A DNA stretch of 32,000 nucleotides from contig JAVYME010000001.1 of NCBI GenBank assembly GCA_038736825.1, positions 125,383-157,382 of the forward strand. Reading direction: 5' to 3'. Positions 7,174 to 15,733 of the stretch are shown here, one piece after another (position 1 is the first letter of the stretch; every line of letters starts with the position of its first letter). The notes below the pieces were generated by a model. The model was not told the origin of the DNA. It did not search any database and saw nothing but the letters and a program-made list of their open reading frames with translations. A program made the translations under genes and the position numbers. The DNA comes from Candidatus Iainarchaeum sp. Lineage in GTDB: Archaea > Iainarchaeota > Iainarchaeia > Iainarchaeales > DTGL01.

Positions 7174-8838
7174 GTGTTTTTTGTGGGCTTGGAAGAACAA
7201 GCATACAAGTATGCAGTGAAAAACGCGTTTTTGCACGGCGGAAAAGCAGACGCAGGCGCAGTAGCAGGCAAGCTCAAGGCATTGAATCCCGAAAAAGAAA
7301 TGAAAGAGCTAGCGCTTGCTGCACAAAAAGCAGTGGCTACAGTCAATGCACTGCCAAAGGCAGAACTTGAATCAGATTACAAAAAATTTGAAGCAGAAGG
7401 CTATGAATTGAAACCAAAAGAAAAAACCGAAGGGCTGGCAGAACTTGCATGGGCTGAAAAAGGCAAGGTTATAACAAGGTTCGCCCCAAACCCGAACGGC
7501 CCAATCCATTTGGGCTCTTCAAGAGCAGCAATACTAAGCCATGAATACGCAAGAAAATACGAAGGCAAATTCATACTGAGATTTGATGACACTGACCCGA
7601 AAGTGAAAAAACCAATGGAGGACGCAGAAACAGTTTTCAGAGAAGACCTGGAATGGCTGGGCTGCAAAATAGACAAGCTTTTTTTCGCCTCAGACAGACT
7701 GCAAATCTATGAAGCATACATGGAAAAACTCTTGAAAAAAGGCCATGCTTATGTTTGCACTTGCCGCCCAGAAGAATGGCGGGAAAAAATAAAAAACGAA
7801 AAAGCCTGCCCTTGCAGGGATTTGCCGCCAACCGAACAAATGGAAAGATTTGAAAAAATGCGCTCTCACAAGTTCAAGGAAGGACAAGCAGTCTTGCGCA
7901 TTAAAACCTCGTTATCACACAAGGATCCAAGCGTGAGAGACTGGTGGGCTGCAAAAATAGTTGACAGGCCAATTCATCCGAGAGCAAGCGAAACACAACA
8001 TGTTTGGCCGAGCTACAATTTTGCATCCGCAATTGACGACCACGAAATGGGAACAACGCTAATCATAAGGGGGCAAGAGCACGCTCAAAACGAAACAAAA
8101 CAAATGTTTTTGTACAATTATTTTGGCTGGGAGTACCCGCACACTTTTTACACTGGCAGGGTAATGCTTGAAGGCGCAGTATTATCCACTTCAAAAATAA
8201 AGGAAGGAATAGAAAAAGGCGAATTTATTGGGTGGAGCGATCCAAGGCTTGGAACAATAGCCTCACTGCGCAGGCGCGGCTTTCACCCAGAAGCAATTCG
8301 CAAAATAATAATAAGCATTGGCACAAAACCAAATGACACCACAATAACCTGGGACCAGCTTGCTGCAGAAAACCGTGAAATCATAAAAGACGAAGCCGAA
8401 AAAATAAAGGTATTGGAAAAGCCCTTCAAACTTGTAGTGGAATACGCTCCAGAAAAGAAAATAAAGTCAGAATTCGGTGACGTGGTATTGCACGAAGGAC
8501 TCCAAGACTTTTTTGTTGAAAAAAGCGCAGTGGAAAAAAGCGCGGGCACAACCATAAGGCTTAGAGAAGCATATAATGTTAAAATCAAGAAAGTCAGCGA
8601 ACTCCAAGCAATAGGCGAATACGCTGGCGAACAAAAAATTGAACCAATCGTGCCATGGATTTCTGAAGGAATAGAAATCCATGTTATTCTGCCAACAGGC
8701 AAAAAAATCACCAAGATAGCGGACACCCGCATAATGTCAAAAAACATTGGCGACAGGGTTTACTTGGACAAAATCGGTTATTGCCGCATAGACCGCAAAG
8801 AAGAAAAAAAAGTAGTGGCTTGGTTCACTCACAAGTGA
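7174..8838 (+). CDS. gltX: glutamyl-tRNA synthetase (archaeal type)
   Basis: It has the class I core RFAPNPNGPIHLGSSRAAILSHEYARKYEGKFILRFDDTDP (HIGH-type motif) and VLSTSK (KMSKS-type motif). The N-terminal AYKYAVKNAFLHGGKA appendage is as I recall it from archaeal GluRS. The start is GTG, either 7174 or 7183. Confidence 0.9.
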   Translation: MFFVGLEEQAYKYAVKNAFLHGGKADAGAVAGKLKALNPEKEMKELALAAQKAVATVNALPKAELESDYKKFEAEGYELKPKEKTEGLAELAWAEKGKVITRFAPNPNGPIHLGSSRAAILSHEYARKYEGKFILRFDDTDPKVKKPMEDAETVFREDLEWLGCKIDKLFFASDRLQIYEAYMEKLLKKGHAYVCTCRPEEWREKIKNEKACPCRDLPPTEQMERFEKMRSHKFKEGQAVLRIKTSLSHKDPSVRDWWAAKIVDRPIHPRASETQHVWPSYNFASAIDDHEMGTTLIIRGQEHAQNETKQMFLYNYFGWEYPHTFYTGRVMLEGAVLSTSKIKEGIEKGEFIGWSDPRLGTIASLRRRGFHPEAIRKIIISIGTKPNDTTITWDQLAAENREIIKDEAEKIKVLEKPFKLVVEYAPEKKIKSEFGDVVLHEGLQDFFVEKSAVEKSAGTTIRLREAYNVKIKKVSELQAIGEYAGEQKIEPIVPWISEGIEIHVILPTGKKITKIADTRIMSKNIGDRVYLDKIGYCRIDRKEEKKVVAWFTHK

Positions 8839-8991
8839 AACCAGCACTTGCATAAAACAGAAGGAGTGGAAAAAGAAAAAAACAACAGGAATCTTTGCCA
8901 GCCCATCTTTCCAAACAAAAACCAAAAAACCGGTTTTTAACCCAAACAATCACCCTTTTAAAGGGTTTCTTGGCATTTTATATCAGTAAAA

Positions 8992-9016
8992 TCATCGCTT
9001 TTTTTCAAGCCGATGA
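8992..9016 (+). promoter_or_regulatory. imperfect hairpin in the long spacer upstream of L7Ae (TCATCGC-T7CAA-GCCGATGA)
   Basis: Seen directly: TCATCG (8992-8997) pairs with CGATGA (9011-9016), C8998 pairs with G9009, and C9010 is a one-base bulge. The loop contains a T7 run. A TTTTATAT TATA-like box lies at 8976-8983 and GGAGGTG (SD) at about 9045-9051. Function is unknown. Confidence 0.3.
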
Positions 9017-9057
9017 CCAAAACAAAACCCAAAGGGTTTTATTTGGAGGTGTAATTG

Positions 9058-9420
9058 ATGGACTTCAATGTTCCAGACGGAGTAATGGCTGAGGCCCTCG
9101 CAGTCCTTGCAAAAAGCAGGGAAAAAGGAAAAATAAAAATTGGCGTAAACGAGGTCACCAAAGCAGTTGAAAGAGAAGTTGCAAAACTTGTCCTGATAGC
9201 GGAAGACGTGGAACCAAAGGAAATAGTAATGCACATTCCACTAATCTGTGACGAAAAAAAAATACCCTATTGCCCGGTGAAAACCAAAAAAGAACTGGGA
9301 GAAAAAGCAGGCATTGAAGTGGGAACAAGCAGTGTGGCAATAATTGACCCTGGAATGGCAAAAAAAGAACTTGCAGATTTGACAAAAAAAATCTTGGAAC
9401 TCAAGGGCGCAAAGGAGTGA
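9058..9420 (+). CDS. rpl7ae: 50S ribosomal protein L7Ae (K-turn binding protein)
   Basis: The motifs [61 protein letters not shown] match the L7Ae/L30e family. A strong GGAGGTG SD sits 7 nt upstream of the ATG at 9058. Confidence 0.92.
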   Translation: MDFNVPDGVMAEALAVLAKSREKGKIKIGVNEVTKAVEREVAKLVLIAEDVEPKEIVMHIPLICDEKKIPYCPVKTKKELGEKAGIEVGTSSVAIIDPGMAKKELADLTKKILELKGAKE

Positions 9421-9424
9421 TTGC

Positions 9425-9631
9425 ATGGAACAAGGAACCCCGGCAAAAGTAGTTGAAATAGTCAAGAGAACAGGCGTGCAAGGAGAAATCGTTCAAGTAA
9501 TGCTGGAAATAATGGACGGCCCGGAAAAAGGCCGCGTCAAAAGGCGCAATGTAAAGGGCAACGTGCAAAAGGGAGACATAGTGATACTCTTAAGCACTGA
9601 AAGAGAAGCAACTGAAATAAAAGCCCAATAA
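9425..9631 (+). CDS. rps28e: 30S ribosomal protein S28e
   Basis: The motifs [28 protein letters not shown]...[27 protein letters not shown] match eS28. The conserved L7Ae-S28e-L24e order supports the call. Confidence 0.92.
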   Translation: MEQGTPAKVVEIVKRTGVQGEIVQVMLEIMDGPEKGRVKRRNVKGNVQKGDIVILLSTEREATEIKAQ

Positions 9632-9670
9632 AAAAAATTCCAAGCAACATCAAAGCAAGCGGAATTTTTT
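9632..9670 (+). terminator. perfect 10-bp inverted repeat ending in a T6 run, between S28e and L24e
   Basis: AAAAAATTCC (9632-9641) and GGAATTTTTT (9661-9670) flank a 19-nt loop. The 3' arm supplies an oligo-T tract of the kind archaeal RNA polymerase terminates on. It could act as an attenuator or terminator, or be an AT-rich coincidence. Confidence 0.4.
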
Positions 9671-9684
9671 AAAGAGGTGATAAG

Positions 9685-9900
9685 GTGAAGTGCTCTTTTT
9701 GCGGAAAAGAAATATTGGATGGCACCGGCACAATGTTTGTTTTCAGGACTGGAAAAAGATACCATTTTTGCTCCAAAAAATGCGAAAAAAACATGCTAAA
9801 ACTCGGTCGCAAGCCATCCAGACAGAAATGGACAGAATTGGGCAGATCAGAGCGAAAACCTGAAAAGGCAAGTGCAGACAAAAAGAAAAAAGGTGACTGA
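9685..9900 (+). CDS. rpl24e: 50S ribosomal protein L24e
   Basis: The motif KCSFCGKEILDGTGTMFVFRTGKRYHFCSKKCEKN matches the eL24 zinc-binding N-terminus. The gene starts with GTG and is preceded by GAGGTGAT. Confidence 0.9.
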   Translation: MKCSFCGKEILDGTGTMFVFRTGKRYHFCSKKCEKNMLKLGRKPSRQKWTELGRSERKPEKASADKKKKGD

Positions 9901-9905
9901 AAAAA

Positions 9906-10343
9906 ATGCAGTTCAAAGTCAAAGTTCAAAAAACCTGTGCTTGGGCAAAACTCCCAGAAATGGCACACAAGGGCGATTCCGGCTTTGACCTTTTTGCAAG
10001 CGAAACCGTTTTATTGAAACCAGGGGAAAGAAAACTGGTTGGAACAGGATTGAAAATGGAAATGCCTGAAGGCATAGAGGCACAAGTAAGGCCTAAAAGC
10101 GGGCTTGCAATAAACTATGGCATTTCAGTGCTCAATTCGCCTGGAACTGTTGATTCAGGATACCGTGGCGAAGTGAAAGTAATTCTTGCAAATTTTGGGG
10201 AAAAAGATTTTTTGGTTGAAAAAGGCTCAAAAATAGCACAAATGGTTTTTGCAAGAGTGGAATGCCCTGAATTTGAAGAAACCCTGAAATTGAATGAAAC
10301 CAAGAGAAGCAATGGTGGTTTTGGCTCAACCGGCTTAAAGTGA
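9906..10343 (+). CDS. dut: dUTP diphosphatase, homotrimeric Dut type
   Basis: The five classical Dut motifs are visible: GDSGFDLFA, RPKSG, GTVDSGYRGEVKVIL, KIAQMVF and RSNGGFGSTG. Confidence 0.87.
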   Translation: MQFKVKVQKTCAWAKLPEMAHKGDSGFDLFASETVLLKPGERKLVGTGLKMEMPEGIEAQVRPKSGLAINYGISVLNSPGTVDSGYRGEVKVILANFGEKDFLVEKGSKIAQMVFARVECPEFEETLKLNETKRSNGGFGSTGLK

Positions 10344-10349
10344 TTAATT

Positions 10350-12107
10350 ATGATGATAAGGGAACCGATTATTTCGGTGTTAGGCCATGTTGACCATGGC
10401 AAAACAACTTTTTTGGACAAAATCAGGGGCACCACTCTGGCTGAAAGAGAGGCTGGCAGGATAACCCAACACATAGGCGCAACAGAAGTGCCAATTGAAA
10501 CCGTAAAAGAGCTCAGCGGTGAACTCATAAAAAGGTTTGGCTTTCAATTAAACATTCCAGGGCTTTTGTTCATTGACACTCCAGGGCATGCTGCCTTCAC
10601 CAACCTGAGAAAAAGAGGCGGTTCAATTGCAGACCTTGCAGTGCTAGTAGTGGACATAACCCAGGGATTCCAAGAACAAACAGTTGAAGCAATAGAAATA
10701 CTGCGCTCTTACAAGACACCCTTCATTGTTGCAACAACAAAAATAGACAAGCTCAGGGAATGGAATTCAAGGGAAGGCTCTTTCATTGCAAACCTTAAAA
10801 GGCAGGGAGCGCAAGCAGAACAAGAATTGAATGAAAAAATTTACGCTATTGTGGCATCACTCTTCAAGCACGGCTTTGAATCCGAAAGAGTTGACTTGTG
10901 CGCGGATTTCACCAAACAAGTGCCAATAGTTCCGGTTTCAAGCGTTTCAGGGGAAGGCATTCCAGAAATCCTTGTCCTATTGGCAGGCTTAAGCCAAAAA
11001 TTCTTGAAAAAAGAGCTTGAAGTTCTGGAAAGCGAAGAAATGAAAGGCACAGTCCTAGAAGTAAAAGAGGAAAAAGGCTTTGGCACAACAGTGGACTTGA
11101 TACTTTACAGTGGAACCCTTCACACTGGCAGCGAAATAGTGTTAGGCGGAAAAAACGGCATCATTAAAACAAAAGTCAGGGCTCTCTTGAAACCAATGCC
11201 GTTAGAGGAAATGCGTGACACGAAAAAAAAATTTTTGAAAGTGAAAGAGGCTGTTGCCGCTTGCGGAGTCAAGGTTGCAGCACCAGGGCTTGACGAAGCG
11301 CTTGCTGGCTCGCCAGTAAGAGTGCCATCTGAAAAAAAAGACGTGGAAAGCGAAATACTAAAGGAAATAGACTCAATAAAAGTCAAGGGCACAAGCGGAA
11401 TAGTGATAAAGGCAGACACATTGGGATCTCTTGAAGCACTCACTAGGGTTTTCTCTGAAAAAAACATTCCAATAAAAAAAGGCGATCTTGGAAGCATAAC
11501 AAAACACGACATCCTTGAAGCACACTCTGTAAAAACAAAAAACCCATTGCACGGTGTTGTCATTGGTTTCAACGTTGAAACCGAGCACCACGCAACAGAG
11601 GAAGCAAAAAGGCTCGGCGTAAAAATATTTTCAGAAAAAGTCATTTATTCGCTCATAGAAGCATACTTGAAATTTGTTGAAGAGGAAACACAAAAAGCAA
11701 GAGCGGAAAAAGAAAAAAAACTGGCATTCCCTGCAAAATTTGTCTTCCTTAAAGGATTTGTCTTCAGGAGAAGCGATCCCGCAATTTTTGGCGTCAAAAT
11801 CCTTGCCGGAAAACTCAAACCCAATGCAAGAATAATGGATTCATGCGGAAGGGAAATTGGAAAAGTCGAATGCCTGCAATGCAATGGCAAAAACCTGCAA
11901 GAAGCACGAGAAGGTCAAGAAATAGCGCTTTCCCTTTCAGGAGGCATAATCGGCAGAAACTTGAAGGAAGGCGATATTCTGTTCACAATAATACCTGAAA
12001 ACTCTTTCGGGGAACTGCTCTCGCTCGACCTAAGCGAAAGCGAGTGCACTCTATTGGAAGAAATAAAAAAGATATGGCAAAAAGAAGCAAAGGAGGCGGT
12101 TGAATGA
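10350..12107 (+). CDS. infB: translation initiation factor aIF5B (IF-2 homologue)
   Basis: It has the GTPase motifs GHVDHGKTTFLDKIRGT, DTPGHAAF and TKID. The length (585 aa) and its position after L24e fit aIF5B. No intein-sized insertion is present. Confidence 0.94.
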   Translation: MMIREPIISVLGHVDHGKTTFLDKIRGTTLAEREAGRITQHIGATEVPIETVKELSGELIKRFGFQLNIPGLLFIDTPGHAAFTNLRKRGGSIADLAVLVVDITQGFQEQTVEAIEILRSYKTPFIVATTKIDKLREWNSREGSFIANLKRQGAQAEQELNEKIYAIVASLFKHGFESERVDLCADFTKQVPIVPVSSVSGEGIPEILVLLAGLSQKFLKKELEVLESEEMKGTVLEVKEEKGFGTTVDLILYSGTLHTGSEIVLGGKNGIIKTKVRALLKPMPLEEMRDTKKKFLKVKEAVAACGVKVAAPGLDEALAGSPVRVPSEKKDVESEILKEIDSIKVKGTSGIVIKADTLGSLEALTRVFSEKNIPIKKGDLGSITKHDILEAHSVKTKNPLHGVVIGFNVETEHHATEEAKRLGVKIFSEKVIYSLIEAYLKFVEEETQKARAEKEKKLAFPAKFVFLKGFVFRRSDPAIFGVKILAGKLKPNARIMDSCGREIGKVECLQCNGKNLQEAREGQEIALSLSGGIIGRNLKEGDILFTIIPENSFGELLSLDLSESECTLLEEIKKIWQKEAKEAVE

Positions 12108-12532
12108 ACATAGTCTTAAGCGATCCAAAAAGCGGAAAAGCATATTCAAAAAAAATAGAGTCTGTTGCATTCATGGGAAAAAAACTGGGTGAAACAGTTT
12201 CACTGGAAACAATTGGATTGAAAGGCTACAAGGCAATAATAACAGGCGGAAGCGACAAAGATGGCTTTCCAATGAAACCCTCAGTGGAAGGACAATCCAG
12301 AAAAAAAATCTTAATGTCAAAAGGCATAGGCATAAAAGGGCTTAAAAAAGGCGAAAAGCGCAGGAAAAGAGTGAGAGGAAACACTGTTGCAAAAGACATT
12401 CACCAGCTCAACCTCAAAATAACAGAATACGGTCCAGAAAGCCTTGCCGAAATATTCAAAAAAACCGGCGAAGAAAAAAAAGAAGAAGCAAAAGATGAAA
12501 AAAAAGCAAAAAAAGAACCAGCAAAAGAATAA
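12104..12532 (+). CDS. rps6e: 30S ribosomal protein S6e with K/E-rich tail
   Basis: The motifs NIVLSDPKSGKAY ... GYKAIITGGSDKDGFPMKPSVEG ... RKRVRGNTV match eS6. The start overlaps the infB stop (ATGA). Confidence 0.9.
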   Translation: MNIVLSDPKSGKAYSKKIESVAFMGKKLGETVSLETIGLKGYKAIITGGSDKDGFPMKPSVEGQSRKKILMSKGIGIKGLKKGEKRRKRVRGNTVAKDIHQLNLKITEYGPESLAEIFKKTGEEKKEEAKDEKKAKKEPAKE

Positions 12533-12552
12533 AAAAAATCAACAGAGAAGGG

Positions 12553-13905
12553 TTGCCTTTGAAGGAAAAAAAGGAAACTGCAAAAACCAAAAAGCCAAAA
12601 CTGCAAAAAAAAACAGCGGAAGCAGAGCCATTGCACGCAAAAAAAAAGCACACAAAAGAGGAAAGCAAAAAAACACCACCCCATGAAAAGCCAGCAAAAA
12701 CAAGCACTGCCTTGGAAAAAGAACCATTGCAGGCAGAAATAAACATTGGCATGATAGGCCACGTTGATGCTGGCAAAACAAGCCTGGTTGAAGCACTAAC
12801 AGGGCAATGGGTTGACACTCACAGCGAGGAATTAAAGCGAGGCATTTCCATAAGAATAGGGTATGCTGACACTTCCTTTTACCATTGCCAGAAATGCTCC
12901 TTAAACTTTTCAATAAAAAACGAATGCCCGGCATGTGGCGCAAAAGGCTCCTTTCTTAGAAAGGTTTCATTTGTGGATGCACCAGGGCATGAAACCCTGA
13001 TGACAACAATGTTGAGCGGAGCTGCAATGATGAACGGCGCCATACTAGTGGTTGCTGCAAACGAGTTTTGCCCGCAAGCCCAAACCATAGAGCACTTGAA
13101 CGCAATGAAGATTGCGGGAATAAAAAACATAGTTGTGGCACAAAACAAAATAGACTTGGTGGACAAAAACAGGGCACTGGAATCCTACAAAGAAATACAA
13201 AAATTCTTGAAAGAAAACAATTATGAAGGCTCACCAGTAGTGCCTGTTGCAGCCCACTCAAAAGCCAACATCAGTGCACTCATAGAGGCAATACAGCAAA
13301 CAATGCCATCCCCAGTGCTGGATCCATTAAAACCAGCAAAAATGTATTGCGGGCGATCCTTTGACGTGAACAGGCCTGGCACCAAGCCAGCTGACTTGAA
13401 GGGAGGCGTTCTCGGAGGAACCTTGCTCCAAGGAACAATCAAAAAGAACGAAATCATTGAAATTGCTCCAGGGTTTAACGGCAAAAAAATTGCAACCAAA
13501 GTGTTCAAAATAAATTGCGCTAGCGGAGAGCTTGAAACAGCCAAACCAGGGGGATTGATAGCAATAGAAACCGGCATAGACCCAAGCCTTGCCCAAAACG
13601 ACCAGTTGAAAGGGCAAGTGATAGGAGCCCTTGGCTCTCTTCCAGAACCTATAAGCACTCTCAAACTCGAAATTGAATTTCTCAAAAGACAGGCTGTTGA
13701 AGCAGTTCCAGAAATAAAAACAAACGAATCAATTGTGCTCACAATTGGCACAATGACAGTAATGGGCACAGTCATAGAAGCCAAGCCTGGTTCAATAACA
13801 GTATTGTTGCCTCGCCCTGTTATTGCTGAAAAAGGACAACAAGTGGCAATAAGCAAAAAGGAAAAAATGAAGTGGAGGCTGATTGCCTTTGGAAGAATGG
13901 AATAA
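12553..13905 (+). CDS. eif2g: translation initiation factor aIF2 gamma subunit with ~60-aa K-rich N-terminal extension
   Basis: It has NIGMIGHVDAGKTSLVEALTG, a zinc ribbon (C-x2-C...C-x2-C), DAPGH and QNKIDL. The only in-frame ATG sits at the G1 motif, too late for a start. A non-ATG start (TTG at 12553 per the track) is therefore required, and its exact position is uncertain. Confidence 0.9.
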   Translation: MPLKEKKETAKTKKPKLQKKTAEAEPLHAKKKHTKEESKKTPPHEKPAKTSTALEKEPLQAEINIGMIGHVDAGKTSLVEALTGQWVDTHSEELKRGISIRIGYADTSFYHCQKCSLNFSIKNECPACGAKGSFLRKVSFVDAPGHETLMTTMLSGAAMMNGAILVVAANEFCPQAQTIEHLNAMKIAGIKNIVVAQNKIDLVDKNRALESYKEIQKFLKENNYEGSPVVPVAAHSKANISALIEAIQQTMPSPVLDPLKPAKMYCGRSFDVNRPGTKPADLKGGVLGGTLLQGTIKKNEIIEIAPGFNGKKIATKVFKINCASGELETAKPGGLIAIETGIDPSLAQNDQLKGQVIGALGSLPEPISTLKLEIEFLKRQAVEAVPEIKTNESIVLTIGTMTVMGTVIEAKPGSITVLLPRPVIAEKGQQVAISKKEKMKWRLIAFGRME

Positions 13906-14269
13906 GGTTGCCCTTGACACCAGCATTCTACTGTCAATTCCAGAAAACGGAGCGCAAGTCTTTGAGGGAATAACAGAAAAACTGGGCAAAACAGAATTTT
14001 TTGTCACTGAAAGCGTTTTGCGGGAACTTGAAATATTGAAGCAAAAAAAGGGAAAAAAGCAGGAAATCGCAATAGTGGAAAAAGCACTTAAAGCCAACAA
14101 AGTAAAAAAAATAGGCAACAATTATGCAAATGCAGATGACTGCCTTGAAGAAAAAGCCAGGAACGGCTTTATTGTGGCAACAAGCGACAGAGAGCTTAAG
14201 AAAAGAATTAAAGGCTTTGGTGGAAGGATTATTTATTTAAAAAAAGGAAAGCTAATTGAAACTGAATGA
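13883..14269 (+). CDS. PIN-domain protein, Fcf1/Utp24-like (COG1412-type)
   Basis: The motifs VALDTSILL ... VTESVLRELE ... ADDCL ... IVATSDRELKKRI give the acidic PIN signature. It occupies the conserved position between aIF2gamma and rpoE'. The start is non-ATG (TTG at 13883 or 13889) and overlaps the aIF2gamma end. Confidence 0.7.
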   Translation: MPLEEWNKVALDTSILLSIPENGAQVFEGITEKLGKTEFFVTESVLRELEILKQKKGKKQEIAIVEKALKANKVKKIGNNYANADDCLEEKARNGFIVATSDRELKKRIKGFGGRIIYLKKGKLIETE

Positions 14270-14286
14270 CAACAGGTGGAAGCCAA

Positions 14287-14934
14287 ATGTTTGAAGTTGT
14301 AAAAATAAAGGACACTGTGAGAGTGCCCCCTGAAAAATTCGGAAAAGACATGCCTGAATCCCTAGTGAAACTCACCCAAGAAGAATACGAAGGACTATTA
14401 GACGAAGACCTTGGAATAGTGGTTGCAGTAATAAGTGCAGTCAAAAGCGGTGAAGGAAAGGTTGTTTTAGGGGATGGAGCAGCATACTATAAAACCGATA
14501 TAGAATTGCTGGTCTTTAAACCTGAAATGCACGAACTAGTGGAAGGAAAGGTAAGCGAAATAACCGAATTCGGTGCATTTGTCGGAGTCGGTCCAATGGA
14601 AGGCTTAATCCATGTAAGCCAGATAATGGACGAATACTTGAATTATGATTCAAAGGCAGCGTGCTTTACTGGAAAAGAAAGCAAAAAAAAGCTAAAAGTG
14701 GATGACCGCGTTCTTGCAAGGATTGTGAGCATAAGCTTGAAGGGAACATTGCAGGATTCAAAGCTGGGGCTTACAATGAGACAACCCTTTTTGGGAAAAG
14801 ATGCATGGATAGAGCAAGAAATAAAAGACACAAGAAAAGGCAAGCCCAGGAAAAGCGAAAAACCAGCCAAGGCAAAAAAACCAGAAATTGAAAAACAGGC
14901 AAAAAGCGAAAGAAGAGAGGGTGGAAGAAGATGA
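14287..14934 (+). CDS. rpoE1: DNA-directed RNA polymerase subunit E' (Rpo7) with basic C-terminal tail
   Basis: It begins MFEVVKIKDTVRVPPEKFG and contains an S1 domain (HELVEGKVSEITEFGAFVGVGPMEGLIHVSQI). The ATG at 14287 is preceded by GGTGGA. The track start at 14266 is less likely. Confidence 0.9.
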   Translation: MFEVVKIKDTVRVPPEKFGKDMPESLVKLTQEEYEGLLDEDLGIVVAVISAVKSGEGKVVLGDGAAYYKTDIELLVFKPEMHELVEGKVSEITEFGAFVGVGPMEGLIHVSQIMDEYLNYDSKAACFTGKESKKKLKVDDRVLARIVSISLKGTLQDSKLGLTMRQPFLGKDAWIEQEIKDTRKGKPRKSEKPAKAKKPEIEKQAKSERREGGRR

Positions 14935-15128
14935 CATTCAAGGGAAAAGCCTGCAGGAATTGCAGAAAAATAATAGAAAAAGGAAAGGACTGCCCTGTCT
15001 GTGGAAGCACTTCCTTTACAACATTTTGGCGTGGTTATGTGGTAATACTGGATCCGCAAAATTCAGAAATCGCGCAAAAAATGGGGGTTTCAACAATTGG
15101 AAAGCATGCTTTACGGCTTAGCAGGTGA
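14931..15128 (+). CDS. spt4: transcription elongation factor Spt4 (RpoE'')
   Basis: It has the zinc ribbon ACRNCRKII...CPVCGS followed by WRGYVVILDPQNSEIAQKMG. The start overlaps the rpoE1 stop (ATGA). Confidence 0.87.
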   Translation: MTFKGKACRNCRKIIEKGKDCPVCGSTSFTTFWRGYVVILDPQNSEIAQKMGVSTIGKHALRLSR

Positions 15129-15135
15129 GAACAAA

Positions 15136-15483
15136 ATGGATTTAAGAATAATCAAAGAAAAAGAAGACAGTTTGCTTAAAAGAACAGAAATAGATTTTGA
15201 AATTGAGAACGCCCAGAAAACCCCTGCAAGAGCCGAATTAAGGAAAAGGATTGCTGCACTCAAAAACGCAAGGGAAGAGCTTGTGTCAATTTACTGGGAA
15301 AGACAGTGCTTTGGCGAGCACAAAGCAAAAGGAAAAGCATTCGTTTATTCAGACGAAGGAACATTCAAGCTGGTTGAACCAAAATTCCTTGCTGAAAGGG
15401 AAAACAAAGGCGGAAAGAAAAAAAAGGAAAAAAGTGAAACCCAGACAGAAAAAAGCGAAGCAGCGGAAAAAGGTGAACAATAA
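15136..15483 (+). CDS. rps24e: 30S ribosomal protein S24e with K/E-rich tail
   Basis: The motif DLRIIKEKEDSLLKRTEIDFEIENAQKTPARAELRKRIA fits eS24. I chose the ATG at 15136, since the track start at 15097 overlaps spt4. Confidence 0.85.
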   Translation: MDLRIIKEKEDSLLKRTEIDFEIENAQKTPARAELRKRIAALKNAREELVSIYWERQCFGEHKAKGKAFVYSDEGTFKLVEPKFLAERENKGGKKKKEKSETQTEKSEAAEKGEQ

Positions 15484-15686
15484 TGGCTGAAAAAGGAGAG
15501 AAAACTGGAAAAAAGCAAAAAAAGAAAAAGGCAAAAATGAAAAAATCCGCCTATTATGCAGTGAAAGACGGGCGCCTGGAAAGAAAAAAACAAACCTGCC
15601 CAAAATGCGGTCCTGGAATATTTTTGGCAGAACACAAGGACAGGCTTGTATGCGGGAATTGCGCTTACACCAAGTGGACAAAATAG
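15483..15686 (+). CDS. rps27ae: 30S ribosomal protein S27ae with K-rich N-terminus
   Basis: It has the C-terminal zinc ribbon CPKCGPGIFLAEHKDRLVCGNCAY. The start overlaps the S24e stop (TAATG). Confidence 0.85.
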   Translation: MAEKGEKTGKKQKKKKAKMKKSAYYAVKDGRLERKKQTCPKCGPGIFLAEHKDRLVCGNCAYTKWTK

Positions 15687-15733
15687 GCAATTAGCCGGAA
15701 AAAAACTAGGCAAAAAAGGAAAAGTAATGCTTC

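Noticed and set aside
8839-9057. C/D-box sRNA or canonical K-turn in the L7Ae upstream spacer
   Set aside because: Only partial box-like strings occur (CGAUGA on the plus strand; GCGAUGA followed 5 nt later by CUGA on the minus strand). The spacing is wrong and there is no C'/D' pair or terminal stem.
8895-9092. 65-aa plus-strand ORF across the gltX-L7Ae spacer
   Set aside because: It runs through the promoter/SD region into the L7Ae start in another frame. It has no SD and a low-complexity composition.
13221-13937. 238-aa minus-strand ORF
   Set aside because: It lies antisense to aIF2gamma and is a shadow ORF with no recognisable motif.
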